A program made the position numbers and the translations under genes. From Amphiscolops sp. MND2022 (taxonomy: Eukaryota), in NCBI GenBank assembly GCA_964187785.1, contig OZ076409.1, positions 98,210,001 to 98,274,000 on the forward strand: 64,000 nt of DNA, written 5' to 3'. The notes beneath the pieces are model-generated. The model searched no databases and was not told the origin of the DNA. It saw only the letters and a list, made by a program, of their open reading frames with translations. Positions 11,214 through 24,425 of the stretch are shown piece by piece. Position 1 is the first letter of the stretch; every line of letters starts with the position of its first letter.

Positions 11214-11660
11214 GGACCATGTGATCTATTTCCCCCCAAAGTTCTTCCAAACGGACATACTTCCATATTTACAAAACTACGAACTTTGCACTCAGGATTT
11301 AAAAAATTTGGGTCTTTTGCCACGAAGTTTAAATTGTCCCATCTGCAAAAATTGTCTGTTTTGGACAAGATATAAAAAAGTCAAAGATGGTTTTGGCTGG
11401 AAGTGTCAAAATGGAAATTGTGCGAAATTCAAAAGTATTTTTTCTATTCGCACGGGACGTTTTTTCGCCCGAAGCAATATTCAGTTATCAAAATGGTTAC
11501 ATTTAATTTACCTACAAATTTACATTTATTTGTAAGCATATCAACTTGTTTTATTCATTCAATAATTAATATACTTGTGAAAAAGCCGTTTTCGTTTTTT
11601 TTTGGGGGGGGGGGGAATTCCTAACAAGGTGTACCTGGAGGGAAATAGATCACATGATCC
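11214..11660 (+). mobile_element. Merlin (IS1595/IS1016-like) DNA transposon deletion derivative carrying a transposase N-terminal fragment
   Basis: Terminal inverted repeats (TIRs) GGA(C/T)CATGTGATCTATTTCC. 8-bp TSD GAAAACTT at 11206-11213 and 11661-11668. Internal frame LNCPICK...WKCQNGNC...SIRTGRFFARSNIQLSKWL resembles the Merlin/ISXO2 Zn-ribbon N-terminus. Confidence 0.85.
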
Positions 11661-13212
11661 GAAAACTTTAACTCTGAATACTTGGCAGTTCTGCGTTTGT
11701 TCGAACTGTAAATCGTACTTCTCTCCTAGATTTTTTGTTATTACTCTTCATGGCTATAACACATCATGGCAATACTTGGATAACCAGCACTGAACAACCT
11801 GATACCAGTATTGTGTCTCCTTAAACCGAAAATAAATGAGAAAAACAACGTGACTTTTTTATTATTCCAAACTGGAAAGAAGTTATCCAAAGATCACTGG
11901 CTTTCACATCCAACAACAACTGATCAAACTCGACAATTTTGCGACCAGTTTCTTGAAAACTGAGAATCCCAACAGGAACATTTATCACAAAACTTATTTC
12001 GGGTAGCGGTAATAGCGTTTAAGGAATAATCCCTAAATGCTAAACTGGAATAACGTCTAAAACCAAGTCATGCTCATTCCCTATGTTAAAACATTGAATT
12101 TTAGTCGTTATTCCATATGACGTTAATCCCGAAACAATTTTATACCTTGTATCCGCGCTACTAACTCATTTCAGACCGCAATAGACAAATTTTGATCAAT
12201 TACAAGAGCTACAATTCTCACGCTGATATCAACAGATAGAAAGTAGAAGACCTTATTTAGACCCAATGGGCTACTTTCGAATTTTTAAAGACCGATCAAA
12301 TACATATCATTCTAATTTTTTTTTATAAAGAAGGGGGTTTCTAACGTTAGGTTCGACGAGTTGACGCATGAATTCGTTCCACCAATCGGATGTTCGTTTG
12401 CTTTGAAGTTAACTGACCAAATATGACATCATTTTACGAGAGCACCGAGATAATTGCGCTTCGGATTAATTTAAGGCGTCGTTTATATGGTTGTTCCAGT
12501 GATCGGTTATAAAATTACAGTTAAATTTCTAGCCTTTTTTCAATGTAACTAGGTACATGTACATCGCTTATCATCAAACTGTATGACGACAACACATATC
12601 AAGCGAGAAATCAAACAGCCCTGGTTGAAACTCCTTGAACGTTTTAAAAGTTTTGGTGGATTACAAAGCTCGTTTTCCATTATTCATAAAATTCTCAAGG
12701 AAACTTTCATGCACTAAAAATACCTTGATTCGATTTAATTTTATGAAGAAGCCTATAAAATGCATCCTAAATTTGGCGGCCGCAAAGATTTGCAAGTTTC
12801 ACTAAGACGCCGTTCTAATTTTGAAAGCAGCTGAGACCGTTATCAATTGTACCGCAGTTACAATGAAAAAAAATCAGTCACAATAAAAGTTCCAGAATAG
12901 CGACATATTCAGCGTGCTATTTGACTAACGGTAATAACAAAAGGTACTTACTGGAAAAACTTAAGTTTGAAACGAAAGTGATCGCGACGGTGAAGAAGTG
13001 GAATGGTTTTCAGGTTTAATTGAAATATTGGAAACTGCGATGCAATCCTACAGAATTTTCCATGTATGCTCCCCGACTTTTCAATGTTTTGTCAAAAAGA
13101 GCAGGCTATAGGTTTCCATGAAGCATGTAAAAAGTTCAAGCAATCTCAACTAATAAAACGACAACTCATGTCAATTTGAAAAAACAACAATTCACATGAA
13201 GCGACATCTCGT

Positions 13213-13733
13213 GGGCACAAACTACGATCTAAAGAATTAGATCGAAAACCACATCTGTAACTAAGATCTAAAGAACTAAGATCTAAATGTCATTTTTCGT
13301 AACTAAGATCTAGAGAATACCAGCTCCCGAATCGTAACTAAAGTCTAGATTTCAGACGTTATTCCCGTTTTTCAGATGTTATTTCCTATTTGGAATTGAC
13401 TAAAAGTATAAAACGTGCCTCGGATATGTCCTCATTTTCTCTAGTGCCCCGCGGCCCCTTGGGGACGCTTATGTCCCCATCTTGCTAAGTGAGGTCGAAC
13501 AGGAGCAAAGACCTAGCGGGAACGGAGATCGAGAAACGATCGTAGTGGGAGCTGGTCTTTGCGACGGTGACGGCGAGCGTGCCATCACCGTATATGACCC
13601 CATATTATTCCTCAGACGTTATTCTTGTTCAATTTAGACCTTAGTCACGGTGCATGTTTTTAAGATATCAGTTCTTTAGATCTTAGTTACGAATTTTTAA
13701 AAATCTTATTCCTCAGACCTCAGTTATGGTCCC
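13213..13733. mobile_element. MITE-like element with inverted subterminal AACTAAGATCTA arrays
   Basis: GTAACTAAGATCTAAAGAACT (13257-13277) is exactly inverted at 13670-13690, and the motif is reiterated on both arms. Confidence 0.6.
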
Positions 13734-13752
13734 CTCAAAACTCAAATCATAA

Positions 13753-16700
13753 AAAAAACATAGGCGCGACGGCATGTCGCGCTTGGGCACGAGCAGAAAC
13801 GTTCAATGGTCTGCAGAAGGTGCTAGAAAATGTGTATATCCCAGATTCCAAAACCTAGTGAACTTATCTAGTCTCAGATCAAGAAAATTTAGATGAAAGA
13901 ACTAAAAAGAAAGGTGAGAAATTGAAGTTTGAGAAAAATGAAAATTGTAATTTTAGCAGAAAAACGTAGGCGTCATACTTGATGACGACGGAAACTTTGA
14001 TAGTACAAGAACTAGCCTACATCTTTGCATATCTCTGTGAGGGAGAATGGTTTTCGTATCTACTTTCACTTCTGAGAAAAATCAGTTACAATTTGGGAAA
14101 AAATGGAAATTTTTCGAATTTTTCTTCATCCATTTATTTGCCCAATAATACCAGAGTGAAAAAAAGTCGACGTCAATTTAACCTTTAAACATAGTCTACT
14201 GAACCCTCGTACAAATTACGAAACCATGGACTCCGTATTCGTTCTCGGTCCTGATATATAGAATACAGATATACAAGCTCAAGTAAAAAAGAACTGAGAA
14301 ATTTTTTTCAAAAAAATCAAGTATTTTTAGCAGAAAAACGAAAGCGTCATACTTGATGACGAAAACTTGATTAGTACAAAAAAAGCCCACATCCTTGCTA
14401 TTTGTCCTGAGGAAGAATGCTTTCTGTATCTTTCGTCAGTGTTGAGAAATATGAGCTACAGTTGAGAAAAAACTTTTCGAAAATTTTTTCATCCCTTTTT
14501 TATGCCCAAAAAGCGCAGTCGGGAAAATTTTTGACGTCATTTTTTAGCAAAAATGTAGCCTACGATACGCTTGTATATTATACGAAACCTTGGACCCTGT
14601 ATCTGGTCTCGGTTTTGAGAAATAAAGGAAGAAAGATGAAACACTCTAAAAATTTGCGTTTTTTCAAAACTTCTTTTCAAAAAAAATCAGGAAGCCGAAT
14701 TCTTTTTGAAAAATTTTTTCAACGAAAAGGTAGCCAAGGATTCTACCCAACTTTTGGCTAGGACAAAGGTTTTTCGTATCTCTTTTCAGTTCTGAGGAAA
14801 ATTAGTTACAAATTATGAAAAAATGGGAAATTTTTCGAATTTTTTCTTCATCCCTTTATTTGCCCAAAAAAACCGGAGCAAAAAAAATTCGACGTCATTA
14901 TTGGTTTTAAACGCAGCCTACTGAGCCCTAGTACAAATTACGAAACCATGGACTGCGTATTTGTTCTCGGTCTTGAGATATAGGGGCTCAAGTATAAAAT
15001 AAATAGGAAAATTTTTCAAAAAAAACAAGTATTTTTAGCACAAAAACGAACGCGTCATACGTGATGACGGAAACTATGTTGGTACAAAACCTAGCTTACA
15101 TCCTTGCTGTTTATCTTGAGGGAGAATGGTTTCTGTATCTTTCGTCAGTTTTGAGAAATATGAGCTACAAGTGAGAAAAAATTTTTCGACATTTTTTTTC
15201 ATCCATTTTTTTGCCCAAAAAACGAAGTCTGAAAAAAAATTTGACGCCAATTTTGAGCGAAAATGTAGCCTATGAAACTCTTGTAAATTACACGAAACCA
15301 TGGACCCTGTATTTGATCCTGGTTCTGAGAATTAGGGGTTCAAACATAAAAAATAGTCAAAAATAGCGTTTTTTCAAAACTTCTTTTTTAAAAAAACCAT
15401 GAAGCCGAATATTTTTCGAAATTTTTTTTCGACAAAAACGTAGCCCAGGAACCTGCGCAACTTTTAGCGGAAACATGGTGTCCGTATCTGTTATGGGTTT
15501 TGAGAAATTTGCCGCACAAATTTGAAAAGTTGGCACATGTCACGAAATCTGCGAAAAAAAAAACATAGGCGCGACGGCATGTCGCGCTTGGGCACGAGCA
15601 GAAACGTTCAATGGTCTGCAGAAGGTGCTAGAAAATGTGTATATCCCAGATTCCAAAACCTAGTGAACTTATCTAGTCTCAGATCAAGAAAATTTAGATG
15701 AAAGAACTAAAAAGAAAGGTGAGAAATTGAAGTTTGAGAAAAATGAAAATTGTAATTTTAGCAGAAAAACGTAGGCGTCATACTTGATGACGGAAACTTT
15801 GATAGTACAAGAACTAGCCTACCTTTTTGCATAACTCTGTGAGGGAGAATGGTTTTCGTATCTACTTTCACTTCTGAGAAAAATCAGTTACAATTTGGGA
15901 AAAAATGGAAATTTTTCGAATTTTTTCTTCATCCATTTATTTGCCCAATGATACCAGAGCGAAAAAAAGTCGACGTCATTTCTACCTTTACACATAGCCT
16001 ACTGAACCCTCGTACAAATTACGAAACCATGGACTCCCTATTCGTTCTCGGTCCTGATATACAGGATACAGGTATACAAGCTCGAGTAAAAAAGAACTGA
16101 GAAATTTTTTCAAAAAAATCAAGTATTTTTAGCAGAAAAACGAAGGCGTCATACTTGATGACGAAAACTTGATTAGTACAAAAAAAGCCCACATCCTTGC
16201 TATTTGTCTTGAGGAAGAATGGTTTCTGTATCTTTCGTCAGTGTTGAGAATAATGAGCTACAAATGAGAAAAAAAATTTCGAAATTTTTTCATCACTTTT
16301 TTTGCCCAAAAAGCGCAGTCGGAAAAAAGATTGACGTCATTTTTTAGCAAAAACGTAGCCTACGAAACGCTTGTATATTATACGAAACCATGGACCCTGT
16401 ATCTGGTCTCGGTTTTGAGAAATAAGGGAAGAAAGATGAAACACTCTAAAAAATTTGCGTTTTTTCAAAACTTTTTTCAAAAAAACCAGGAAGCCGAATC
16501 CTTTTTGAAAAATTTTTTCAACGAAAAGGTAGCCAAGGATTCTACCCAACTTTTGGCTAGGACAAAGGTTTTTCGTATCTCTTTTCAGTTCTGAGGAAAA
16601 TCCATTACAAGTTATGAAAAAATGGGAAATTTTTCGAATTTTTTCTTCATCCCTTTATTTGCCCAAAAAAACCGGAGCAAAAAAAATTCGACGTCATTAT

Positions 16701-18790
16701 TGGTTTTAAACACAGCCTACTGAGCCCTAGTACAAATTACGAAACCATGGACTGCGTATTTGTTCTCGGTCTTGAGATATAGGGGCTCAAGTATAAAATA
16801 AATAGGAAAATTTTTCAAAAAAAACAAGTATTTTTAGCAGAAAAACGAACGCGTCATACGTGATGACGGAAACTATGTTGGTACAAAACCTAGCTTACAT
16901 CCTTGCTGTTTATCTTGAGGGAGAATGGTGTCTGTATCTTTCGTCAGTTTTGAGAAATATGAGCTACAAATGAGAAAAAAATTTTCGACATTTTTTTTCA
17001 TCCATTTTTTTGCCCAAAAAACGAAGTCTGAAAAAAATTTTTGACGCCAATTTTGACCGAAAATGTAGCCTATGAAACGCTTGTAAATTACACGAAACCA
17101 TGGACCCTGTATTTGATCCTGGTTCTGAGAAATAGGGGTTCAAACATAAAAAATAGACAAAAATAGCGTTTTTTCAAAACTTCTTTTTAAAAGAAACCAT
17201 GAAGCCGAGATTTTTTCGAATTTTTTTTCGACGAAAATGTAGCCCAGGAACCTGCCCAACTTTTAGCGGAAACATGGTGTCCGTATCTGTTATGGGTTTT
17301 GAGAAATTTGCCGCACAAGTTTGAAAAGTTGGCACATGTCACGAAATCTGCGAAAAAAAACATAGGCGCGACGGCATGTCGCGCTTGGGCACGAGCAGAA
17401 ACGTTCAATGGTCTGCAGAAGGTGTTACAAATTCTTTGTGTTCCAGGGCTCACAACCTTGTGAACTTATCCAATCTCAGATGAGGATACTTTGATGAAAG
17501 CTAAAAAGATGAAGGAAATTTTTTTAAAAAGAGAAATGAAAAAATGTATTTTTGGCAGAAACCCGAAGGCGTCATACTTGATGACGAATACTTGGGTGGT
17601 ACAAAAAAAACCTATATCCTTGCTGTTTGTCTTGAGGAAGAATGGCTTCTGTATCTTTCGTCAGTTTTGAGAAATATGAGCTACAAATGAAAAAAAAATT
17701 TTCGAAATTTTTTTAAATCCCTTTTTCTGCCCAAAAAGCGAAGTCGAAAAAAGTTTTTTGACGCCATTTTTAGGTGAAAATGTAATCTATGAAACGCTTG
17801 TATATTATACGAAACCATGAACCCTGTATCTGGTCTCGGTTCTGAGAAATAGGGGATGGAAGATGAAAAACAGTCAAAAATAGCAATTTTTTTTCAAAAT
17901 TTCTTTTCAAAAAAAACCTTAAAGCCGAATTTTTCTTGCAAATTAATTTGACGCAATTGTAGCCGAGGATCCTGCGCAACTTTTAGCTAGGATAAAGGTT
18001 TTTCGTATCTCTTTTCAGTTCTGAGAAAAATCAGTTACAAATTATGAAAAAATGGGAAATTTTTGAAATTTCTTCTTCATCCCTTTATTTGCACAGAAAA
18101 ACCAGAGCGAAAAAAATTCGACGTCATTCACTGCTTTAAACGCAGACTACTGAGCCCTAGAACAAATTATGAAACCATGGACTGCGTATTTGTTCTCGGT
18201 CTTGAGATATAGGGGCTCAAGTATAAAATAATTAGGAAAATTTTTCAAAAAAATAAGTATTTTTAGCAGAAAAACGAACGCGTCATACGTGATGACGGAA
18301 ACTTTGTTGGTACAACAACTAGCTTACATCCTTGCTGTTTGTCTTGAGGGGGAATGGTTTCTGTATCTTTCGTCAGTTTGGAGAAATATGAGCTACAAAT
18401 GAGAAAAAATTTTTCGACATTTTTTTTCATCCATTTTTTTGCCCAAAAAACCAAGTGTGAAAAAAATTTTGACGCCATTTTTGAGCGAAAATGCAGCCTA
18501 TGAAACGCTTGTAAATAACACGGAACCATGGACCCTGTATTTGGTCCTGGTTCTGAGAAATGGGGGATGAAACATAAAAAACAGTCAAAAATAGCGTTTT
18601 TTCAAAACTTCTTTTTAAAAAAAACCATGAAGCCGATTTTTTTCGAAAATTTTTTTCGGCGAAAATGTAGCCCAGGAACCTGCGCAACTTTTAGCGGAAA
18701 CATGGTGTCCGTATCTGTTATGGGTTTTAAGAAATTTGCCTCACAAGTTTGAAAAATTGGCACATGTCACGAAATCTGCGAAAAAAAAAA
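13753..18790. repeat. Higher-order satellite: ~355-bp monomers in ~1.8-kb units
   Basis: Marker CATAGGCGCGACGGCATGTCGCGC occurs at ~13759, 15564 and 17361. An AAACCATGGAC-like motif recurs about every 355 bp (14221, 14585, 14943, 15295, 16024, 16385, 16742, 17095, 17812, 18172, 18523). Confidence 0.9.
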
Positions 18791-18929
18791 CATAGGCGCA
18801 ACTGCCATTGCGCGACGGCTCCGAGCAGACGACCTCTTTGAGAGAGCTCAGGAATAATGGGTTCTACGAAAGTGCGCCAAAAACCCCAATTGCATGGGGT
18901 ACATCAAAATATTTTCGCAAAAAAAAACA

Positions 18930-20280
18930 GACTTTTGTCGCAAAAAATCCATAACTTTTCCGATTTTTATTCGCCATTTTCTCAACGACCAATGATCATA
19001 GGATAATGAAACTTTCATGAGATTAAAGAAAACATCCTCCTCTTGCGTCGGTCGTTGCTAATTATGAGCCGGTTCGATGTCGTTTAATTATAAAAATTGA
19101 GCAAAATCTACATTTAGAAAATTTTTCCGGAAAACCCAAAAATGTTGCGATTTTTATTCGCCATTTTCTCAACGACCAATGATCGTAGGATAATGAAACT
19201 TTCATGAGGTTAGAGAAGACATCCTCTTGCGTCGGTCAGAGCTAATTATGAGCCGGTTCGTTGTCGTTTAAGTTGTAAAATTGAGCCAAATCTACATTTA
19301 CAAAATTTTTTCGCTAAAAACCCAAAAACTTTTCCAATTTACAATCGCTATTTTCTCAACGACCAATGATCATAGGATAATGAAACTTTCATGAGCTTAG
19401 AGAAGACATCCTCTTGCGTCGGTCGGAGCTAATTTTGAGCCGGTTTGATTCGTTTAAGTAGTAAAATTGAGCAAAATCTACATTTAGAAAATTTTTTCGC
19501 AAAAAACCCCAAAAAATTCCCGATTTTTATTCGCCATTTTCTCAACGCCCAATAATTGTAAAGAAATGAAACTTTCACGACCTTAAAGAAGACATCCTCT
19601 TGCGTCAGTTGGTACCCATTTTGAGACGGTTCGATATGGTTCAAGTGGAAAAATTACGCAAAATTGGAAAAAACCCTAAAAATTTTTGCAAAAATCGTGT
19701 TTTCGAAGCTAATATAATCGCCCAGGCGAAAAATTTTCGGAACCTTCTTACATGGCTAGAAAGGGCATTCAGTTGCGGTTGTTTTTCAAAAATGTTAAGT
19801 TGGTTTAACTAGTAAAATTGAGCAAAATCTACACTTAGAAAAATTTTTCGAAAAAAAAAACAAAAAAAAATTCCCGATTTTTATTCGCCATTTTCTCAAC
19901 GTCCAATAATTGTAAAATAATGAAACTTGCACGACCTTAAAGAAGACATCCTCTTGCGTCAGTTGGTACCTATTTTGAGACGGTTCGATATGGTTCAAGT
20001 GGAAAAATTACGCAAAATCGGAAAAAACCCTAAAAATTTTGGCAAAAATCATGTTTTCGAAGCTAATATAATCGCCCAGGCGGAAAATTTTCGGAACCTT
20101 CTTACATGGCCAGAAAGGGCATTCACTTGCGGATCTTTTTTTGAAATTTTGAATTGTCTCGGAGAAATAGGCTAGGAGAAAAATAGCCGAAACTTTTACA
20201 AATGCAGAGGGATGTCACGTTTTGGCGAAAAAAAAACTAAACGCAAACAATAAGGCCCCTCGCTTCGCTCGTCGCCTTAA
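18930..20280. repeat. Second tandem family (~187-bp units) embedded in the satellite
   Basis: CGATTTTTATTCGCCATTTTCTCAACG-like units at ~18961, 19148, 19335, 19522 and 19875. A related copy lies at 23130-23800. Confidence 0.85.
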
Positions 20281-20319
20281 AAACGTCACCATATGGGCAA
20301 TCTCGCTCCGCTCGTGCCC

Positions 20320-21960
20320 CAAACATAGGCGCGACGGCATGTCGCGCTTGGGCACGAGCAGAAACGTTCAATGGTCTGCAGAAGGTGCTAGAAAATGTGT
20401 ATATCCCAGATTCCAAAACCTAGTGAACTTATCTAGTCTCAGATCAAGAAAATTTAGATGAAAGAACTAAAAAGAAAGGTGAGAAATTGAAGTTTGAGAA
20501 AAATGAAAATTGTAATTTTAGCGGAAAAACGTAGGCGTCATACAATTTGGGAAAAAATGGAAATTTTTCGAATTTTTTCTTCTTCCATTTATTTGCCCAA
20601 TAATACCAGAGCGAAAAAAAGTCAACGTCTTTTTTACCTTTACACATAGCCTACTGAACCCTCGTACAAATTACGAAACCATGGACTCCGTATTCGTTCT
20701 CGGTCCTGATATACAGGATACAGATATACAAGCTCGAGTAAAAAAGAAATGACAAATTTTTTCAAGAAAATCAAGTATTTTTAGCAGAAAAACGAAGGCG
20801 TCATACTTGATGACGAAAACTTGATTAGTACAAAAAAGCCCACATCCTTGCTATTTGTCTTGAGGAAGAATGGTTTCTCTATCTGGTCTCGGTTTTGAGA
20901 AATAAGGGAAGAAAGATGAAACACTCTAAAAAATTTGCGTTTTTTCAAAACTTTTTTCAAAAAAAACCAGGAAGCCGAATTCTTTTTGAAAAATTTTTTC
21001 AACGAAAAGGTAGCCAAGGATTCTACCCAACTTTTGGCTAGGACAAAGGTTTTTCGTATCTCTTTTCAGTTCTGAGGAAAATCCATTACAAGTTATGAAA
21101 AAATGGGAAATTTTTCGAATTTTTTCTTCATCCCTTTATTTGCCCAAAAAAACCGGAGCAAAAAAAATTCGACGTCATTATTGGTTTTAAACGCAGCCTA
21201 CTGAGCCCTAGTACAAATAACGAAACCATGGACTGCGTATTTGTTCTCGGTCTTGAGATATAGGGGCTCAAGTATAAAATAAATAGGAAAATTTTTCAAA
21301 AAAAACAAGTATTTTTAGCAGAAAAACGAAGGCGTCATACGTGATGACGGAAACTATGTTGGTACAAAACCTAGCTTACATCCTTGCTGTTTATCTTGAG
21401 GGAGAATGGTTTCTGTATCTTTCGTCAGTTTTGAGAAATATGAGCTACAAATGAGAAAAAATTATTCGACATTTTTTTTCATCCATTTGTTTGCCCAAAA
21501 AACGAAGTCTGAAAAAAATTTTGACGCCAATTTTGACCGAAAATGTAGCCTATGAAACGCTTGTAAATTACACGAAACCATGGACCCTATATTTGATCCT
21601 GGTTCTGAGAAATAGGGGTTCAAACATAAAAAATAGTCAAAAATAGCGTTTTTTCAAAACTTCTTTTTAAAAAAACCATGAAGCCGAATTTTTTCGAAAT
21701 TTTTTTTCGACGAAAATGTAGCCCAGGAACCTGCGCAACTTTTAGCGGAAACATGGTGTCCGTATCTGTTATGGGTTTTGAGAAATTTGCCGCACAAGTT
21801 TGAAAAGTTGGCACATGTCACGAAATCTGCGAAAAAAAATGTCACCATATGGGCAATCTCGCTCCGCTCGTGCCCCAAAAACGTCACCATAAGGGCATCT
21901 CGCAAAGCTCGTGCCCCAAACATAGGCGCAAAGGAATTTGCGCACGGCTTCGCGCGACAG
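20320..21960. repeat. Fourth, internally deleted copy of the 1.8-kb higher-order unit
   Basis: Same start marker and monomers as 13753-17354, with deletions near 20543 and 20880. Confidence 0.85.
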
Positions 21961-23129
21961 GTCCCGCAGCCATAATTGACTATCATCATGTGCATTTGAA
22001 CCATATTACCAAGTTATTAGCTATGACGAATAGCTAAGGTTATATACGGCACGAGAATGCTCAAAATACAATGAAATTGAAAAGAATTGCGGGTATTAAT
22101 CCTATGAAGCTTAACTTTTTCGGCCTTTACCACTATATAAAAGGAAGGGCTGCCCTAGTTATCAATAGGACGGTTGATATGTGCCATCACTAGCAAGTAT
22201 ACTTTCAGTTCTAAAAATTAGCTGAATTGTGCATCAAACAACCTTCCAGCATCAGTGGGCACCGTTGGAAACGTATTCCAGAGGATGAATAACCTGTTAA
22301 AATTTGCGAATGGGGCAAAATCACGAAAAGATCCGAAATCATTTTTGTTTTCAATACAACGTAGTTGAATATCATTGCACAGCGAGGTGTGAATATAACT
22401 TAGTGTTGTCTTGATTTAATCGTTGCATATGACATCAAATCTCTCAGGAATATTGCGGTAATGCATAATACCTTCTGTGCAGCAGTTATTCACTGGATAG
22501 AATACGTTAAGAACGGAAATTTCGCGGTTTTACGCTTCAAACAACCACATCATCAATAACTAATGGTGAGTATGTACTCCAGTGGTCCAATATGATCTCA
22601 CTCTCGAAAACACATACATCGAGAGGTCTGAAAAAAACTTTGGTTTCCGACATCAAAAATGGACAAAAAAACTATTCACCGAAAATTTTACAGGCATGAG
22701 ACAAAGCAAATCAATGAGCAATTATGGAGTATATGATTCAATGTACATTGCCGATAGGTCTTCGAGCATTTTTACATTTTCTACCAGCAGTATAAATAAA
22801 TAAAAACCTTCCAAGGATGAAGTCAGCATTTTTAACAACAGCCGTGCAAATAAGACAGTAGGAGGGTTACTAGGGGTAATCAGACCGCAATCAATGCATT
22901 TTTACAAGACCGATCCGGTAACTTCGTCTATTTCACTCCTTCCTAAGATTAGTTTGGAAAATGTATATTTAAAAATTGAAGGATCAAATATTCATTTATT
23001 TCAAGATTGGTAGTAAAGCACAATTTGTATAATATACAATGAACTGCCCGAAAATCCAACAACATTTAAATCTTCACCAACAAATTCAGTTCCAACAATT
23101 TGTTGAGTTTTTGGATGGTCTCGAAGTAT

Positions 23130-23846
23130 TAGGCTCCGAGAAAATAGGCCAAAACTTTTACAAAATTGAATAAAGAGAGCAATTTATCAAAAATTCAAAA
23201 AATTTGAAAACTTTTTTGTCTCTATCTGTCCGACGTAAACGTTGTGACTTTCCAATTTCTAACTTTGGGCAGCTAAGCAGACCTGTTATCGAGTAGAAAC
23301 ACCACTGCTTGGATTAGAACTGATTGCTACTTGAAAATAGGTTGAGAAATTTTTTACGCAAAAAAACCGAAAATTTTTCCTATTTTTAATGGTCATTTTC
23401 GCAAAGCCCAATAATTCTAGGATTAAAAAACTTTCACCAAATTAAAGAAAACATCGTTTTACGTCGGTTAGTACCTACATCGGGCCAATTCGCTTTGGTT
23501 TGCGAAAAGAAAAATAGCAAAATCGACAAAAACCCTAAAAATTTTCGAAAATTTCGCGCTTTCGAAGCTAATAAAATCGCGCCGGTGGAAAATTTTCGGA
23601 AAGTTTTTACACGGTTAGAAAGAGCATCAAGTTGCGTTTCTTTTTGGAAAGTTTGGATGGTCGCGGAAAAATAGGCTCTGAGAAAATAGCCTTCAATTAA
23701 TACAAATGCAGAGGGTATGTCACGCGAAAAAAAAACCAAAACGCTAGTAAACGCGGAACAATAGAGACTTCGTCGCTTCGCTTCGCTCGCTCGAAGCCTC
23801 AAAAAAAAACGTCACCATATGGGCATCTCGCTCCGCTCGTGCCCCA
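23130..23846. repeat. Diverged copy of the 187-bp-family element with its terminal CGCTTCGCTCG module
   Basis: Shares AAAACCCTAAAA...TTCGAAGCTAAT...AAATGCAGAGGG and CGTCACCATATGGGCA-TCTCGCTCCGCTCGTGCCCC with 19670-20320. Confidence 0.75.
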
Positions 23847-24425
23847 ACAAGCCGGACCAAGTTGGCGCCCCGCTGAAAGTTCAAAAAAGTAAAGTTTTTA
23901 AATATGCAAATGTACTTTTTTTAAAAAAATACCAATTTTAGAGTGCCAAATCATGCCACAAGGGATACGCATAAGACTTGAAAACCACTTTTGCCACAAC
24001 TGGAGACAACAAACCCTCTCAAAAAACCCAAAAATTAAAAATTGAGGAAAATTTTTTTCCGAAATGTTTCTCGAAATTTTATTTTGAAGTGTCCGGTAAG
24101 GGAGATTGGCATTTTTGAACATCCATTCTGTTGCAAAATATCAAAAAATTTAAGGGGTGACCCTTTGAAGACATTAAAACATTTTGCGAAAAAAAGTGTC
24201 AGAAAGCCGAAATAACATGCACAAAAAAATTGGTCAAGCGCGAGTCTCGAACCAGACCTCAAAAAATCCTGATTACCATCTATGCCAACAGGCAGTAGAA
24301 GTTACGAGTTTAGTGAGGCAGTTGGTGGAAGCTTATAAAGCTCACAAATTTTGCCATCTGGTTGTTCTTAAAAAAGAAAAGCCAATTCTATAGTCTGCGT
24401 TTTCTACGAAAAGCGCCAAATAAAA
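23846..24425 (+). mobile_element. DINE-1/HINE-like non-autonomous element (diverged)
   Basis: Starts AACAAGCCGGACCAAGTTGGCGCC and ends CTATAGTC...AAGCGCCAAATAAAAA, like the copy at 36116. Confidence 0.5.

Noticed and set aside
13979..22037. Many short Phe/Lys-rich ORFs
   Set aside because: They lie in A/T-tract satellite monomers and frames are not conserved between units.
21960..23120. Possible coding relic
   Set aside because: The frames I translated were broken by stops and showed no motif I could recognise.
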